The position numbers and the translations under genes were made by a program. The notes under the pieces were generated by a model. It saw only the letters and a program-made list of their open reading frames with translations. It ran no database searches and was not told the DNA's origin. A stretch of 64,000 nucleotides of DNA from the human T2T-CHM13v2.0 reference genome, Homo sapiens. This document shows positions 29,635 to 43,095 of this stretch, piece by piece (the first letter of the stretch is position 1; the number at the start of each line of letters is the position of its first letter). Where the stretch lies: the NCBI RefSeq assembly GCF_009914755.1, contig NC_060934.1, one strand, 5' to 3'.

Positions 29635-29809
29635 CTTTTGTTCGTTCGTTTGTTTTTGACACAGTGTCTTGTCCTGTCACCCAGGCTGGAGTGCAGTGAT
29701 GTGACTCCAGCACATTGCAGCCTTGAACTCCTGGGCTCAAGTGATCCTCTCACCTCAGCCTCCCAAGTAGCTGAGATTACAGGTGTGTGCCACCTCACTC
29801 GGCTAATTT

Positions 29810-29840
<31 letters not shown>

Positions 29841-29960
29841 GTAGAGATGGAGTCTCACAACGCTGCCCAGAGTAGTTTCCAACTCCTGGTCTCAAGCAAT
29901 CTTCCCGTCTCGACTTCTCAAAAATACTGAGATTACAGACATGAGCCACTGTGCTCGGCC
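29635..29960 (-). mobile_element. AluJ-like SINE with expanded middle A-tract
   Basis: Antisense Alu; long T run at 29813-29840. Confidence 0.9.
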
Positions 29961-30546
29961 TCCTATGTCCTGATTCTAACTTTGGAGCTTAGACTGCTGA
30001 ATAAGGAGGAGGCTTTTAATTACTCTCCAGACTCGAGCCTTTGTTTAATTGTATCTCTTTGTCAATGTGATCTATACTTAATCAATTTAACCTTGAATCA
30101 GCTTGATACCATGGGGCATTGTGAACCCAACAGCACAGGGCTGTGTCAATGTTTCATGTGTCTGCCATGAATCTGTGTCTTCTCTTAACCTAAATTAAAC
30201 TCCTTAACATATAATTATCCATTCTACACGTTGAGCCTATCTCCAAGGTAAATGTTTCTGCATGGCTAAAAGCTGGTTTATAGCACAAAAACAAGCCCTC
30301 CTTTTTCTGCCTTCTCCCTGTCCCCACCACCAGAAAAATTGTGCATCCTTACTCAGAACTCTGTTCTTAGAGCTTCAGTGCCATAATGTTTCTAACTTTA
30401 GTGATTACATAGAAGTTAGCCAAAGGAAGTGTTTATTGCTCCATTTTCCTCTTTTTCTTTCTTTCCTTCCACAGCTTGAGAGGAAAATGTCAAGATTTGT
30501 TAACAGTAAAAAAATTGGACTTAATAAAATATTAAGAGACTACCCG

Positions 30547-30879
<333 letters not shown>

Positions 30880-31139
30880 CTACAGAAGGGAAAATAATGC
30901 TTCACAAAATTAGCAGCTGGGTGGGTTATCTCCAAATGTGTATTGCTTACGACATGATGAGACTATACTGAATGTTTGGCTGGAATGAGTAATCAGCAGT
31001 GTTGATTCCAAATCTTAGTGAGACCTGTGCCAAACCTTGGTTTCTGGGAGTCTTCACAAGCATCATGAATAGATGAAAGTTTTTATATTTAGTTGTTGTG
31101 CTGTTTCACTCCAATAGCAGAAAGAACAAAGAACAGAGA

Positions 31140-32648
31140 CAGATGGGGAGTGGAGCAAGATGGTGGAATATGACTCTGTAGTGATCATCCACCCACAGAA
31201 ACATCAACTTGAGTAACTATTCACATGCAAAAAACCTTCACAAGAGCTAAGGAAACTAGGTGAGAAATCACAGTACCTGGTTAAAGCATCATACTACAAA
31301 AAGACACATTGAAGAGGGTAGGAAGGATAGTTTTACAGTACCCATATCACCCCTCCCCCAACTCCAGGCAGCACAGTGTGGAGAGAGATACCATTTGCTT
31401 GATGGAAAGAGAAGGAAGTAAATATAGGAGTTTTCCTTGGACCCCAGTACTGGGCCTGCCAAAGTAAAACCCGGTGCCAGGCAGAATCTCTCAGCCCCTC
31501 ACTCCAGGCTAGTACTTGAAGACTGAACCTCTAGAGCCATCCAGACACCACATGGGAATTCATATTCCCTGCAAAATGGACTTGAGGTTTAGCCTACATC
31601 ACCATTGGTCAAATACAGTGGCTGTGGGTACCGAATAACCCACAGTGACAGATAGGCCTCTGTGGTTGGGGGCTTGAAATTCAGCTTAATGCTGCACCAG
31701 CCTCAGCAGTCAAGGGATTTCAGATTGGCTGCAGTGATCCTGGGTTTACAACGTCCCCTAGCACTGCAATAGCTGTGGCCATCACAGGCTTAGGGACTGC
31801 AATTAATGACCTGCCTAGAATTTCTAGACAGGCTTACTGCTGAAGAACATTCCCAGATAAAGCCAGACTACGAAAACTGGAATAAGTACCTACTTCTTCA
31901 ATGCACAGACATTGCTGTATGACCGTAAGCATCAAGAACAGTCAGTGAAACATGATGTCATCAAATGGACAAAATAAAGTGCCAGTAACCCCAAAGAGAT
32001 GAAGATGTATAAATTTCATGAAAAGGTATTCAAAATAGCTATTTTAAAGAAGCTCAATGAACTTCAAGAAAATATGAGAAAAATTCAGTGAAATGAGAAA
32101 ACTATGAGTGACCAGAACAAGAAATTTAACAGAGAGATTGAAATAATAACAATTAAAAAAAAATCAAATCCTGGAGCTAAAAAATACAATAAGCCAACTG
32201 AAAAATGCAATAGAGAGCATCAATAGCAGAATTGATCAAGCAGAAGAAAGAATCTGTGAACTCAAAGACAGGCTTTTTGAAAATATATAGTCAGAAGAGA
32301 AAAAAGGAAAAAGGGTCAAAAATGAACAAGGCTTATGGGATTTATGGGATAGCATCAAATGAGCAAATCTGTGAGATATTGATGTTCAAGATGGAGTAGA
32401 GAAAGATAAAGGATAGAAAGTTTATTTAAAGAAATAACAGCAGCAAACTTTTCAAACCCAGAGAAAGGTATAAATATCCAGGTACAGGAAGGTCAAAAGT
32501 TGCAATCAGATTTAATACAAATAAGACTACTCCAAGATATATTGTAGTTAAAATGTCAAAGATCAAAGAGAAAGAGAAGATGCTGAAAGCATCAAGAGGA
32601 AAGAAGCAAGTCACATACAAGGGAGTTCTCAAACGCCTAGCAGACAGA
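31140..32648 (+). mobile_element. Old L1 (L1MA/L1PB-era) 5'UTR plus decayed ORF1, 3'-truncated
   Basis: Starts GGGGAGTGGAGCAAGATGG (YY1 box); ORF1 remnant ...IVVKMSKIKEKEKMLKASRGKKQVTYKG... near 32540-32625. Confidence 0.85.
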
Positions 32649-32819
32649 GAAAGACAACTCAAAAAAACCATTATCACAAAATGGTCAATAAACATAGGAA
32701 AATGGCTTCAAACTAATCAATAAACTAGGAAATGCAAATTAAAACAATCTATCTATTTTTGCCTATCAAATTAGCAAATATGTAAGAAACAATAATATCC
32801 AGGATTGGTGAAAATACCA

Positions 32820-33062
32820 GGAGGTTACTAGAGTCAGACTGGTTTTGCTTCTTAGCTCCTCCTCTTACTAGCTGAGGGAACTTGGGCTTGCCATATAATT
32901 TCTCTAAGACTATTGTCCTCAGCTGTAAAATGCAGATAACATTAGTAATCACCTCACAGTCTTTTTGAGGGGATTAAGTGAAATAATGCTTATAAAGTGT
33001 TTAACGTCTCATCTGGCATATAGCAAATGCTCTGTTAATATTAGTATTGTGATTATTATTGT
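32820..33062 (+). mobile_element. MIR
   Basis: CTAGAGTCAGACTGG...CTCAGCTGTAAAATG...CTGGCATATAGCAAATGCTC. Confidence 0.85.
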
Positions 33063-33363
33063 TATTGGAAGCTAGAATCCCAATACACTGATGGAGAAGT
33101 ATAAATTGGTAAAACCTTCCAGAATAAAAATTTGATATATATATGAAGGCTTTAATATCGTGCATACATTTGACTTAATAATTCTACTCTATTAATTTGT
33201 TCTGAGGAAACAGGACACAATGATATGATTACAAAGATATCTTTTATGACTTTTTTATATTGACAAAAAATTGAAACAATTTAAATACCTAACAGTAAGG
33301 GAATGGCTAAAAATTATGGTTTGTCCTTCTACTAGAATTTCATTCAGGTGTTACAAAACATGA

Positions 33364-33504
33364 TTTTTTTTTAAAGTTTCTAATAGCTTTATTTTTTATT
33401 ATACTTTAAGTTTTAGGGTACATGTGCACAATGTGCAGGTTAGTTACATATGTATACATGTGCCAGGTTGGTGTGCTGCACCCATTAACTCGTCATTTAA
33501 CATT
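33364..33504 (-). mobile_element. Severely 5'-truncated L1PA (about PA3-PA4) 3' stub
   Basis: TTATACTTTAAGTTTTAGGGTACATGTGCAC...; TSD AAAACATGWTTTTT at 33355-33368 and 33505-33518. Confidence 0.92.
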
Positions 33505-33882
33505 AAAACATGTTTTTTAAAGAATATTTAATGGCTGAGAAAAATGATACTATGTGAAAATAGTGGCTATCATTGGTCAGTAAGACAAGATTACCTGTTA
33601 TTTTTATTTTTTATTAATACTCATCTGTAGTTTAAATTTTTCCTGTAGTCAGTCAAATACTTTTTTGACATCTGTTGCATATTAGGTACTATGCAATGTG
33701 TCATAAATATGAAAGGGCACTGTACCCATGCAGCTTCCAATCCCTCCATTGGAATATTTGGAAGATGTGTTACTTTTATAATAAAGAGGATCATTTCTAA
33801 AACAAAAAGGGAAATTATATTAATTTGCAAGGGTGGCCATAACAAAGTGCTACAGAAATTTATTTCTCAGAGTGTGGGTGTG

Positions 33883-34041
33883 TTTTGTTTTTAAGAGACA
33901 GGATCTCCCTCCATTACCCAGGCTGGAGTGCATTGGTGCAATTAGAGCTCACTGCAGCCTCAAACTCCTGGTCTCAAGTGATCCTCCCAGCTTGGCCTCC
34001 TAAAGCATTGGGATTACAGATGTGAGCCACCGTACCCAGCC
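33883..34041 (-). mobile_element. Alu monomer (FLAM-like)
   Basis: Single antisense monomer. Confidence 0.8.
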
Positions 34042-34563
34042 TATCTCCCTTTTAATGAAACTAAAATTGGGTCTATATAATAAAAGAAGCTTCTGTTTAC
34101 AGAGTTACATGACCATTTTCACTATTGCTGTTCATCAATTTCTCATGTTCCCTGCCACACCCAAAGGCAGATTTTATTATCAAAGGATGCATCTGAATCT
34201 AGTCAGATACTAGAACACCAGCACCTACCTCAGAGGGTCCTCCCAGAGTGCCTAATTCTGGGCTGAGATAGGATTCCTGGACTACACAGGGACCCCCAAG
34301 TCTGCAACAGACTTGAAGTGCCAGGGAAACCCTGGACTTCCACTGTTTTCCAGAGGTGATTTAGAACTGCCTATATAAGGTCACCTTCACCTAAACTGAA
34401 ATCACAGCTGCCAATGCTGTGGCTTTCGAGGACAGGTCCATGTTCTTAGTCTTCATAAAGGGGCTCTCAAAGGGACTAAAAATATGCAATTGAAGGGAAA
34501 AGGAAGAAATACATCATTTCTCAAAAGAGAAACTATCAAGGAAGAATATTATCACATGGTTTC

Positions 34564-34843
34564 TGTTATGGGCTGAATTATCTTCCCCAAGAATTCATAT
34601 GCTGAAGTCCTAACCCACAGAACCTCAGAATGTGACTGTATTTAGAAATAGAGCCTTTAAGGAGATACTTTATTTAAAATAAGGTCTTATAGATGGGCCC
34701 TAATCCAATACGACTGGTGTCTTTATAAGAAGAGGAAATTTGGACTTAGTTACAAAAGGAAAACCACACGAAGTCCCAGGGAGAAGACAGCTATCTACAA
34801 GCTGAAGAGAGTGTCTCAGAAGAAATCAACTCTGCCAACACTT
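34564..34843 (+). mobile_element. MLT1B-like MaLR LTR, 3'-truncated
   Basis: TGTTATGGGCTGAATT...GAAGTCCTAACC...CCCTAATCCAATACGACTGGTGTC. Confidence 0.85.
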
Positions 34844-35159
34844 TCAAGACCAGCCCGGGCAACAGAGTGAGACTTTCCTTTTTATTTAAAAATAAAAGAT
34901 ATATTTTTAAATGGATATAAACTTAAGAAAATGGAAATAGGTGCTTCTCCTCAGGTGGAGGATAACCATCTTTTCAGATTAAAGTAGAAGCAGAAGTGAA
35001 CCTAGAGAGTTCAACCCCTTGTTTCAAAGGTTGGGAAATCAGCTCACCAAGGCCTCTGCATTTGCCTCAAGTCACACATCTGATGAGTGGCAAATGTTGA
35101 TCTCAAGTCCAGGGATCAAGATACTGGTCCAGGGTCATTTCCATGATACTCTGTGAGGG

Positions 35160-35345
35160 ATAGAGGAAGCCTATGTGCTGGAGGAAGCATTGGACCTGGG
35201 AGTTAGGAACCCTGAGGTTCCACCCCAGCTGGGCCACTAAGCAGCTACATAACAATGGGCAACCTGGGTCTTCTCTCTGGGCTCCTGTTTTTTCTTTATT
35301 TTGAAAATGAAAGTTGGATAATATAGTCCCTCCCATCTCTAACAT
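35160..35345 (+). mobile_element. MIR fragment
   Basis: GCATTGGACCTGGGAGTTAGGAACCCTGAGGTTC...TGAAAATGAAAGTTGGATAA. Confidence 0.65.
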
Positions 35346-35518
35346 CCCCCAAGTCTTTCATGGGTGCCACTCATTCTATATTCAGGCAGGCAGAGTTGGC
35401 AAGGGGTCCAGATGTGTTCGGTAGAGAATGGTTACATGACAGTGTCTAGCATACTAAAGGAAAGACCAGTGGCCTCAAGGCTTGTCTAAGGAATTAATAA
35501 AGATTGAGAATTAGGAGG

Positions 35519-35926
35519 TGCTATGGCTTGACTGTTTGTGCCCCCTCCAAAATTCACATGTTGAAATTCAGTAACCAATGTGATAGTATTAAGAGGTGAG
35601 TCCATTAGGAGGTGATTAAGTAATGAGGGCAGTACCCTCAAGAATAGTACTAACAACATTTTAAAAGGGCTGGAGGGAACTAGCTACATCCATTTGCTCT
35701 TTTGTCCCTTCTGCCATGTGAGGACACAGTGTTTTTCTCTTCTAGAGGATGCAGCACTCAAGGCACCACCTTGGGAGCAGAGATCAGGCCCTCACCAGAC
35801 ACCAAACTTGTTGGTGCCTTGATCTTTGACTTCCCAGCCTCCAGAACTGTAAGAAACATATTTCTAATTTTGATTAATTACCCAATCTTAGGCATTTTGT
35901 TATAGCAACCCAAACAGGCTAAGACA
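35519..35926 (+). mobile_element. MST/MLT1A-type MaLR solo LTR (MSTD-like)
   Basis: TGCTATGG...GCTAAGACA termini; perfect 5-bp TSD GGAGG at 35514-35518 and 35927-35931. Confidence 0.88.
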
Positions 35927-36999
35927 GGAGGTTAAAAAAAGATTTTAAAAGATAATAAATTACAAAAGAAAATAAATGAGATTTGCAATCTTGTTCACCT
36001 TCACTTACGTTAAAAAAGTGAGCTTCCACCTCACTACTCACATATTAATTAAATGCTGACACATTTTGCTTGCTTTCTTACAGGTGAATTCCTGTAACAC
36101 AATCTTCACTTATGTTTTTATTAACACGTAAAACATCTTTACCTCCACTGTCTTCTCTTCATAAAAAGGTATGCTACTAGGTTGTCGTGCTAAATGTCAA
36201 GAAATTGATGAAAGTCATTTTAACTCCTCCTTTTGGCTAGGTCTTCTTTTCTTCTTTCTTTTCTTTTCCTCCTCTTCTTTCTTCTTCAGTGCGTGATTAA
36301 CTTTGTTTTCAAAAAGTATTATAGCCTTACCAAAATTTTCATTAGCATTCCCCATGCACATTTTAATTAAAGAAAACTCATGTTTTGCTTGAGTCACTGG
36401 GGAAATGAAAGGTATAATCTAATGCTAAACGTGCTTGTACTTTGCATTAATTTAAACTGGACTCCCTTCTCTGATATGGGAACAGAAACAAGGCCACAGA
36501 CTAACACCCACTCTCAGAAAAAATTCATAAGTAGCACTGTTCCAAGACTATTTCCAATTATCTCATGTCCTTTTTGGTTGTAAAGGACAAAGATCTAAAT
36601 GAGGCATTGTACTTTCCCGTATGAAACAGAGCATTAATTGCTACCATTTTTATATGCTGCTGGAGTGTACGTGAGGTATAACACATATATATCTACAAGG
36701 TGCCTACATCAATTGTACAATTTTTACTTGTGTTACTTGCATTAGTACTTTTACTAAATAGATGTTGTTAATTTCATTCATTTTACAAAAATTGAAATTA
36801 TAAACCATCATCAGGCTTTTCTTTAAATATATGGAAACGTATTAAACTGTTTTTCTACTTGTCAAACTATCTTTCATCATACAGGGTGATTATGAAAACA
36901 AGAGGCCCTTGGAATTTCCCGCTGCTTTTTTATTCTACCAACAAAGGAAATTTATCCATTCTCTTTAGGTATAAACTTCCTTGCTGTAATCTTTAAAAC

Positions 37000-37143
37000 T
37001 TTTATTTATTTCTTCTTCTTCTTATAGAGAGGAGGTCTTGCTGTGTTGCCCAGGCTGGTCTCAAACTCCTGGCCTCCAAGTGATCCTCCTGCCTTGGTCT
37101 CCTAAATCACTAGGATTACAGGTGTGAACCACTGCTCCAGGTT
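37000..37143 (-). mobile_element. Alu left monomer (FLAM-like)
   Basis: Single antisense monomer. Confidence 0.8.
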
Positions 37144-38124
37144 CTCCATTGCTGTGATATTTTAAGCACACTATTGCTGGCTTGAAATTACTGTGATTTT
37201 AAACATGTACTGAAAGCCTTACTCTGTAGCATCAGATCCAAGAGCCTATATTTCTAGTGACTTTGATTGACTTGGGCCACTTTTTTTTTTAATGCTTTTA
37301 GAAACCTTTCATTTCTGTTATTTTGGTCAGTATGTCTTAGAAATCACTCAAGATGGTGAGTAAATTCTGAGATAACTCTCTCGATCTACCAGACAATGAT
37401 GTTATAAAAGCATCCTGCTTGTGAACTATGGTTCTTTGGCAAATAATCCTGAACTAGCTAGGAAGCTGCTGAGGGCAAAAAAGAATTAACAGTTATAGGG
37501 CATGGTCCCTGCCAAGGTCACATTCCTTCCACCGTTTGTTGTGGGCATCCAGGGCTTGCTTCCACAACCTGTGGCCACTGAACCTAAGAAGCAAAGTAAG
37601 AGTGGATGAAGTGTCCAAAGAACAAATAGTGGATGAGATCCACTTATCGTTGGTTCATAATGAGTGCACACCATAATCTGCAGGCAATTTGTTAATTCCC
37701 CATGAGAAATTACCATCACAGAGACCTGACATACTCCAAATTTGCATATCATTCTCCCTGTAGACAGACTTACATGGGAAACCAAATAATAATTACAAAA
37801 TTGCTACATGGTTATGGAATTACAAAATAGGAAGTTAATGACATTTGGCTAAAAGAGCTGGATATGTCCATTTCATAAATGGGATTTTCTTACTAATGGG
37901 ACCATAGTGTTTGAAGTCCATTAGTGAATATTCCTTCATTTCTGAGTATGTTTGGATAAGCACTGCAGCATTTACATCAATAACTCACCTTGTCCTATGT
38001 TTCCAAACTGTCCAGCTCCTTTAATGATTGATGCATTCTTTATTTAGACATGTCTATACATTTAATAATATTATGGTGAAATTATCCCGGCCTGGGAGCC
38101 ATTCTGTCTCTTTAAAATGATGGT

Positions 38125-39150
38125 CATTCATTCATCAAATATTTATGGAGTGTCTCCTCTGTTCCAGACCATGCATTCTGTATTAGGCATACAGCAGTAA
38201 GTGAGACAAACAAGTTATAGAGTCTAGTGGGGGAAATAACAATTAAACAAGCTATTACAGTAATGCATGATAAGTGTAACAGAATAAAAAGAGCAAGGAG
38301 CAACGGATCACCTTGCCTCTGCTCTAGGGGACTCAAGAGGGCTTCTGGGAGAAAGTGATGCCAAATTCGAGACTTGAAAGATGGAATTGGGAAAGGTAGA
38401 AAAGGTTTTTTGATAAAGGGAATGTCCTGTGTGAAGGCCCAGAGGAGAGAGTGCAAGCTACCTTTAAGGCACTGAAAGAATGTTTTTAGGGCTGTAATTG
38501 AAGGTGAAGATGATAATGGCTGTGAGCTAAGCAGGACCAGATCATCAAGGATCTGATTAGACCTGTTAAGGAGACTGGATTCTATCCTAAAAGCAATGGA
38601 ACAGACTGATTGGTTTTAAACCTCATAATGATTAGGTTTGCAGTTCAGAAAGATCTTTCTGGCTGTAGCACACAGAAAGGATCTGAGAGCAGAAAGATTA
38701 GAAAATATAAAGCCTATTAGGGGGCCATGGTGTGATTTCGGGCAAGAATGGATGGTGGGTTAATAGGATTATTCAAGGTAGTGGCAGTTAAGATGGAGAA
38801 AAATGGTGTTTTGAGATATATTTATGAGGGAGAACAGCTAGAACTTGATGTCTAAATGAATGTGAAAGGTGAAGGTGATGAGGAATCAAGAGTGACTCTA
38901 GGTTCTGCTGAGATAGGGAATACTGGGCAAGACTGGGTGTGGGGAGGAGATGAATATAGGCCAGGAGATGTTGTGCTTGAAGTGTTTGCCATGGAAGACA
39001 GTTGGATACATAAATCTGCAGCCCAGGAGAAATGTCTGGGCTGGAGATAAGACTTTGGAATCATTAGCAGAAGGAAAGTCTTTAAAGCCACAAAAATAGA
39101 TGAGTTCACTTGTGAAAAATATGGAGAATCTGAAAAGAAACCAGCATTAA
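38125..39150 (-). mobile_element. L2 LINE 3' fragment
   Basis: CATTCATTCATCAAATATTTAT 3' terminus and typical purine-rich antisense L2 body. Confidence 0.85.
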
Positions 39151-39270
39151 ATCTCAATTGGAAAAAGAGCAGGCTGAAAGGTAAAAGGAGGTGGCTCAGA
39201 TGAATGGGCAATGTGACCCTTAAATTCTGTCATGCAGGTCTGCTTTGTGGAACCATGTTCCTATTCCAAT

Positions 39271-39377
39271 TATATATATTTTTTATTTCAATAGCTTTTG
39301 GAGTACAAGTGGTTTTGGGTTACATGGATGAGTTGTATAGTGGTGAAGTCTGAGATTTTAGTGCACCTGTCACCCGC
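39271..39377 (-). mobile_element. L1PB-type 3' stub
   Basis: TTTATTTCAATAGCTTTTGGAGTACAAGTGGTTTTGGGTTACATGGATGA; flanking TRTTCCAATT direct repeat. Confidence 0.8.
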
Positions 39378-39719
39378 TGTTCCAATTTTCTTAGCATAGT
39401 TGTCTATGCTAAGAAAACTTTTCCCTCAGAAAATATTCTAAGGGAGAACTAAAGAAAGGTTCATGCTTTATATGGTATGTTTAGACCTAGAGAAGCAAGG
39501 ATGAGGAGAAAAGAAGAAAGGAAAGATGAAAATGAATGCAAGATGCGTAGCCATGCTTGCTACCTCTTCGTGGTGAGTGGGAAGCAGCTCAGGCTGTGCC
39601 CACTCGGCACTTCCCTGGCTGGGCTTCAGTGAGGCACTACGCCTCGGAGTAGTCTTTGAGCAAAAGGAAAGAGGAGGGATTCGTGTCTCCCTCTCTGCCA
39701 TCTCTTGTTTCCTACTAGT

Positions 39720-40260
39720 AAAGGTTAGCCCAGGTTTTTCAGTTACGGTTTAACCAGAGAAGCAGAACCAAGAGAAAGATTCTACATGGGATTTGTCACA
39801 GGGAATTGGCTTATGCAGTTGTGGGAGCTGGTAAAATGGTTTTCAAAAAGCTGTCTCCATATGTAATGCTGGAGCTTCAAGTCCACTGGGCAGGCGATCT
39901 GAAAGGGAAGATCATGAGCAGGCTGTGAGCCCTTGAGGGTGGGCTGAAGCTGCAGCCATTTTTGTTGCCTCTCACTCTCATGAAGAGGGTGGTCTTGTGC
40001 AAACTGGAGCTCTTCCTCACAGAGCTAAACACGTACACCTGGCCCAGGAGTCAGAAAAGCTGAAGCCAAACTGGGAAGGTAGATCAATTTCAGGCCCACA
40101 TGCTGCTTCAGGCTAATGTGGTGAATTACGCCATCAGCAACAGGGATCAGCTGCAAAATGGCCACTGCCTGCCTTCTGCCTTCTAAATCTCAAAATGGCC
40201 ACTGCCTTCCTTCTCCACTCCAAATCAGGTAAGTGTCTCCTAGTGACCCAGCCTGGGGCA
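39720..40260 (-). mobile_element. Old ERVL LTR fragment (MLT2-family-like)
   Basis: CCAGAGAAGCAGAACC...GGAATTGGCTTATGCAGTTGTGGG resembles an antisense MLT2 3' end. Confidence 0.55.
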
Positions 40261-42037
40261 TTGCTTTTAGAATCCCAATTCTCTCCTATTTTCCTCGAAG
40301 CCTCTTTCTTGGACCAATTCTTGAAAGCACAGGACCGCGTGGGAATTTAAACTCCCCATATTTCTGAGTTGCATCATCTGGAATCTACAATTCTGGTGCT
40401 TCAGCCAAGTCTCGAATGATGGGGGACGTCAAATTGTGGGTGACTGCCCATTGGGAGAGCTCTACACGTCCAGAGCAAGTGTTTGCTTGGTCCTTTGCTG
40501 TAGCAGAGTGTGCTGGGAGGCAAGGATATTGGAGGGAATCTGAGTAGGCTGATAGAATACAGCTATCTGTTGCAATATTTCAATGCATAATAGGACCTTT
40601 AAGTCTGAGAGGAACATGTTTTAAAACTAGTCCAGAAGACTTCAAAAGGCTTATTTTTGTTGAGTAAAGAAACTTCTTATTTCAGACACCTGCCACCTGA
40701 AACTTACAATTTTTTGATGTTAACCTCAGAACGATTATGATAGTGTTCATGCCAACTGAAGGCAGCTTTTATGCATATACTACGTTGCTTCTGTGAGAAT
40801 GAATTAAGTGGTAAATAATTATGTAGACTTGAGTGTATTCATTCCACTTAATAAAGCAGCCCAGATTTAGTCATAGACCAACTTCAAATATGGTTAGTGG
40901 TAATAACAATGCTTGGCTCAAAATTAAAGAGAAGCATGGGAATCGTCAGATTATTGAAAAACAATTTTTTCCCAAAAATCTCTCTTCTTCCAGCTTGCAT
41001 GTGCATGTCTCTGACACAATCTTTGCAGAAACACAGTAAGAACAAACAGGAGAGATAGTTTCTGTGATTAGGGCATTTATAGAAAGAGGATATTCTATCA
41101 AGGTCTATGCAGATTTATTTCCTTTACCTGAACAGTTCTGTGTGATTTCTATTCTGAGTTACTGCCTGTGACAGGTGATGTTTATATAAATAAAACACCC
41201 TGTGGGCTGAGGCATTAGTGAATTCTGCTGTGGCTTTTACCCAACCTCAACTCCCTGCCTTTGCTACCATGCACTTCTCTCTCACTTAAGAAATTTTATC
41301 AGAATGCATGTGAGCCAGAGAGAGTTATAATATAGATAATGTGAAATGATAACTTATATAAAAATTAAATCATTGGTAAATGTTAGTACTTTAACACTAA
41401 AGTTTTTATATACATGGATAGCATGATATTAATATATCACACATGTTTATAACAAGGGGGTGGTACCACTCAAAGGGTTAGAACTACAAATTCTAAAGCT
41501 GGATTTGAGTGGCAATAACCTTCCATTCAGCTTATCCAATGTTCCCATGAACAAAGCTTACTGATAGGATTACTTCTTTTGATTTGAATGAATGGTTGTG
41601 GGGCTGAATAGGGATTAAAACCCCAATCACCAGTATTTTTTCCTGGTTTAAAATATACTTTATATGGTTTTAAAAGTATCAAGTAATCAGTCAGTGTCAT
41701 GACTTTCTTGTGGAGTATACATCCATTTTAATTCCTTGATTAACTTAGAGTGAAAACAAGCTGTGTGGTACTTTTAGAAAACTTCTAGAAAGCGAGAAAG
41801 GCCATGGGCAACATCGTGCTGTTGAAGGTTGTTTGTATCCACCCTTCAGCTCCACTTCTGCACCTACAAGAGTCCTGCAGGTATTAGACAAGGCTCTTTT
41901 GATTGCAAGTCACAGAAATCTCACCAGCTAAATTAACAACCCCCTCCACAAAAAGGAATCTATCAGCTCTTATAACTGAGAAGTCTAGGAGACTTTCTTT
42001 TCACATGGCTAAATTCAGAGACTCAAGAGATACAAGG

Positions 42038-42089
<52 letters not shown>
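42038..42089. repeat. Compound (CT)n(CA)n microsatellite
   Basis: Direct reading of the sequence. Confidence 0.95.
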
Positions 42090-42093
<4 letters not shown>

Positions 42094-42279
42094 CTCAAAA
42101 TCACAGCACCAATGTATAAAGAAAAGTTTATTTGATAGCTCTGGTGGCAGAGCCTCTGGGAGCATCTCATGACTGAGCTTGTGATATACTCAACCTTGAA
42201 GCAATCATTGAATATTGTCAGAGAATGCGGTGTTCCAACTGACCAACTTAAGTCAGGTGGTGATTGGCAACCCCACTAC

Positions 42280-43095
42280 ATAATAGAATATTAACTTTAC
42301 CCAGAGAGATTACTGACCTTTGTCCCAGCTCCTGGGAGGAAACCCCTAAACCTTTAGAACTTCCAGAGTGATGGGAGTGTCTTTGCTATTCATGGTGGAC
42401 CCCTCAGACCTAAACCTGATAGTTTATGCTAATGAGGTGACTCAGGGTGGTGGGATCGCCATTCCAGAAAGACCAACTGTGTGATTACAGAATTGGGCCT
42501 TTGGGCCACAGGATATAAGTCTGACCTCCAGAGAGACAAGAAGAGGGTGCTGGAAGTTGAGTTCAGCTATGTGGTCAATGATTAAGTCATGCCTATGTAA
42601 GAAAACCGCAATAATCACTCTGGACACTAAAGTTCAGGTGAGTTTCCCAGGTTGGCAGTACTGGGAGTGTTTTGTTACATTTTGATAATGGGAGTGTAAG
42701 GCATCCTTGACGATGATGAAAACTTTATATCTGGAATCCTCCCAGAACTCATCCTATATGCCTCTGCTTCTAATTTATATTCTTTTGCTATAATACAGCT
42801 GTAATCATAAGTATAGTGTTTGTCTGAATTCTTTGAGTTGTCCTAGCAGATTATCAAGCCTAAGGGTGGTCATAGAAACCCCTGAATTTGTAGCCAGTTG
42901 GTCTGAAGCGAAGGTGGTGGTGGGGGACCCCAAAACTCACAATTGGTGTCTGTATTGAGGCCAGACCTGTGACGTCTGTTTCCTTAGACTTTGAAGCTTG
43001 ATATTCTCATTGCAGTTGGTGTCAGAAGTTTTGGCTAGATGTAGCAGTCTGGAAGACTGTGCCCTTAACTGTGAGTTTACCTAAGTCTGGTACCC
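42280..43095 (+). mobile_element. MER21-family LTR
   Basis: CTCCTGGGAGGAAACCCCTAAACC...CTGATAGTTTATGCTAATGAGGTGACTCAGGG...TTTGTAGCCAGTTGGTCTGAAG. Confidence 0.75.
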
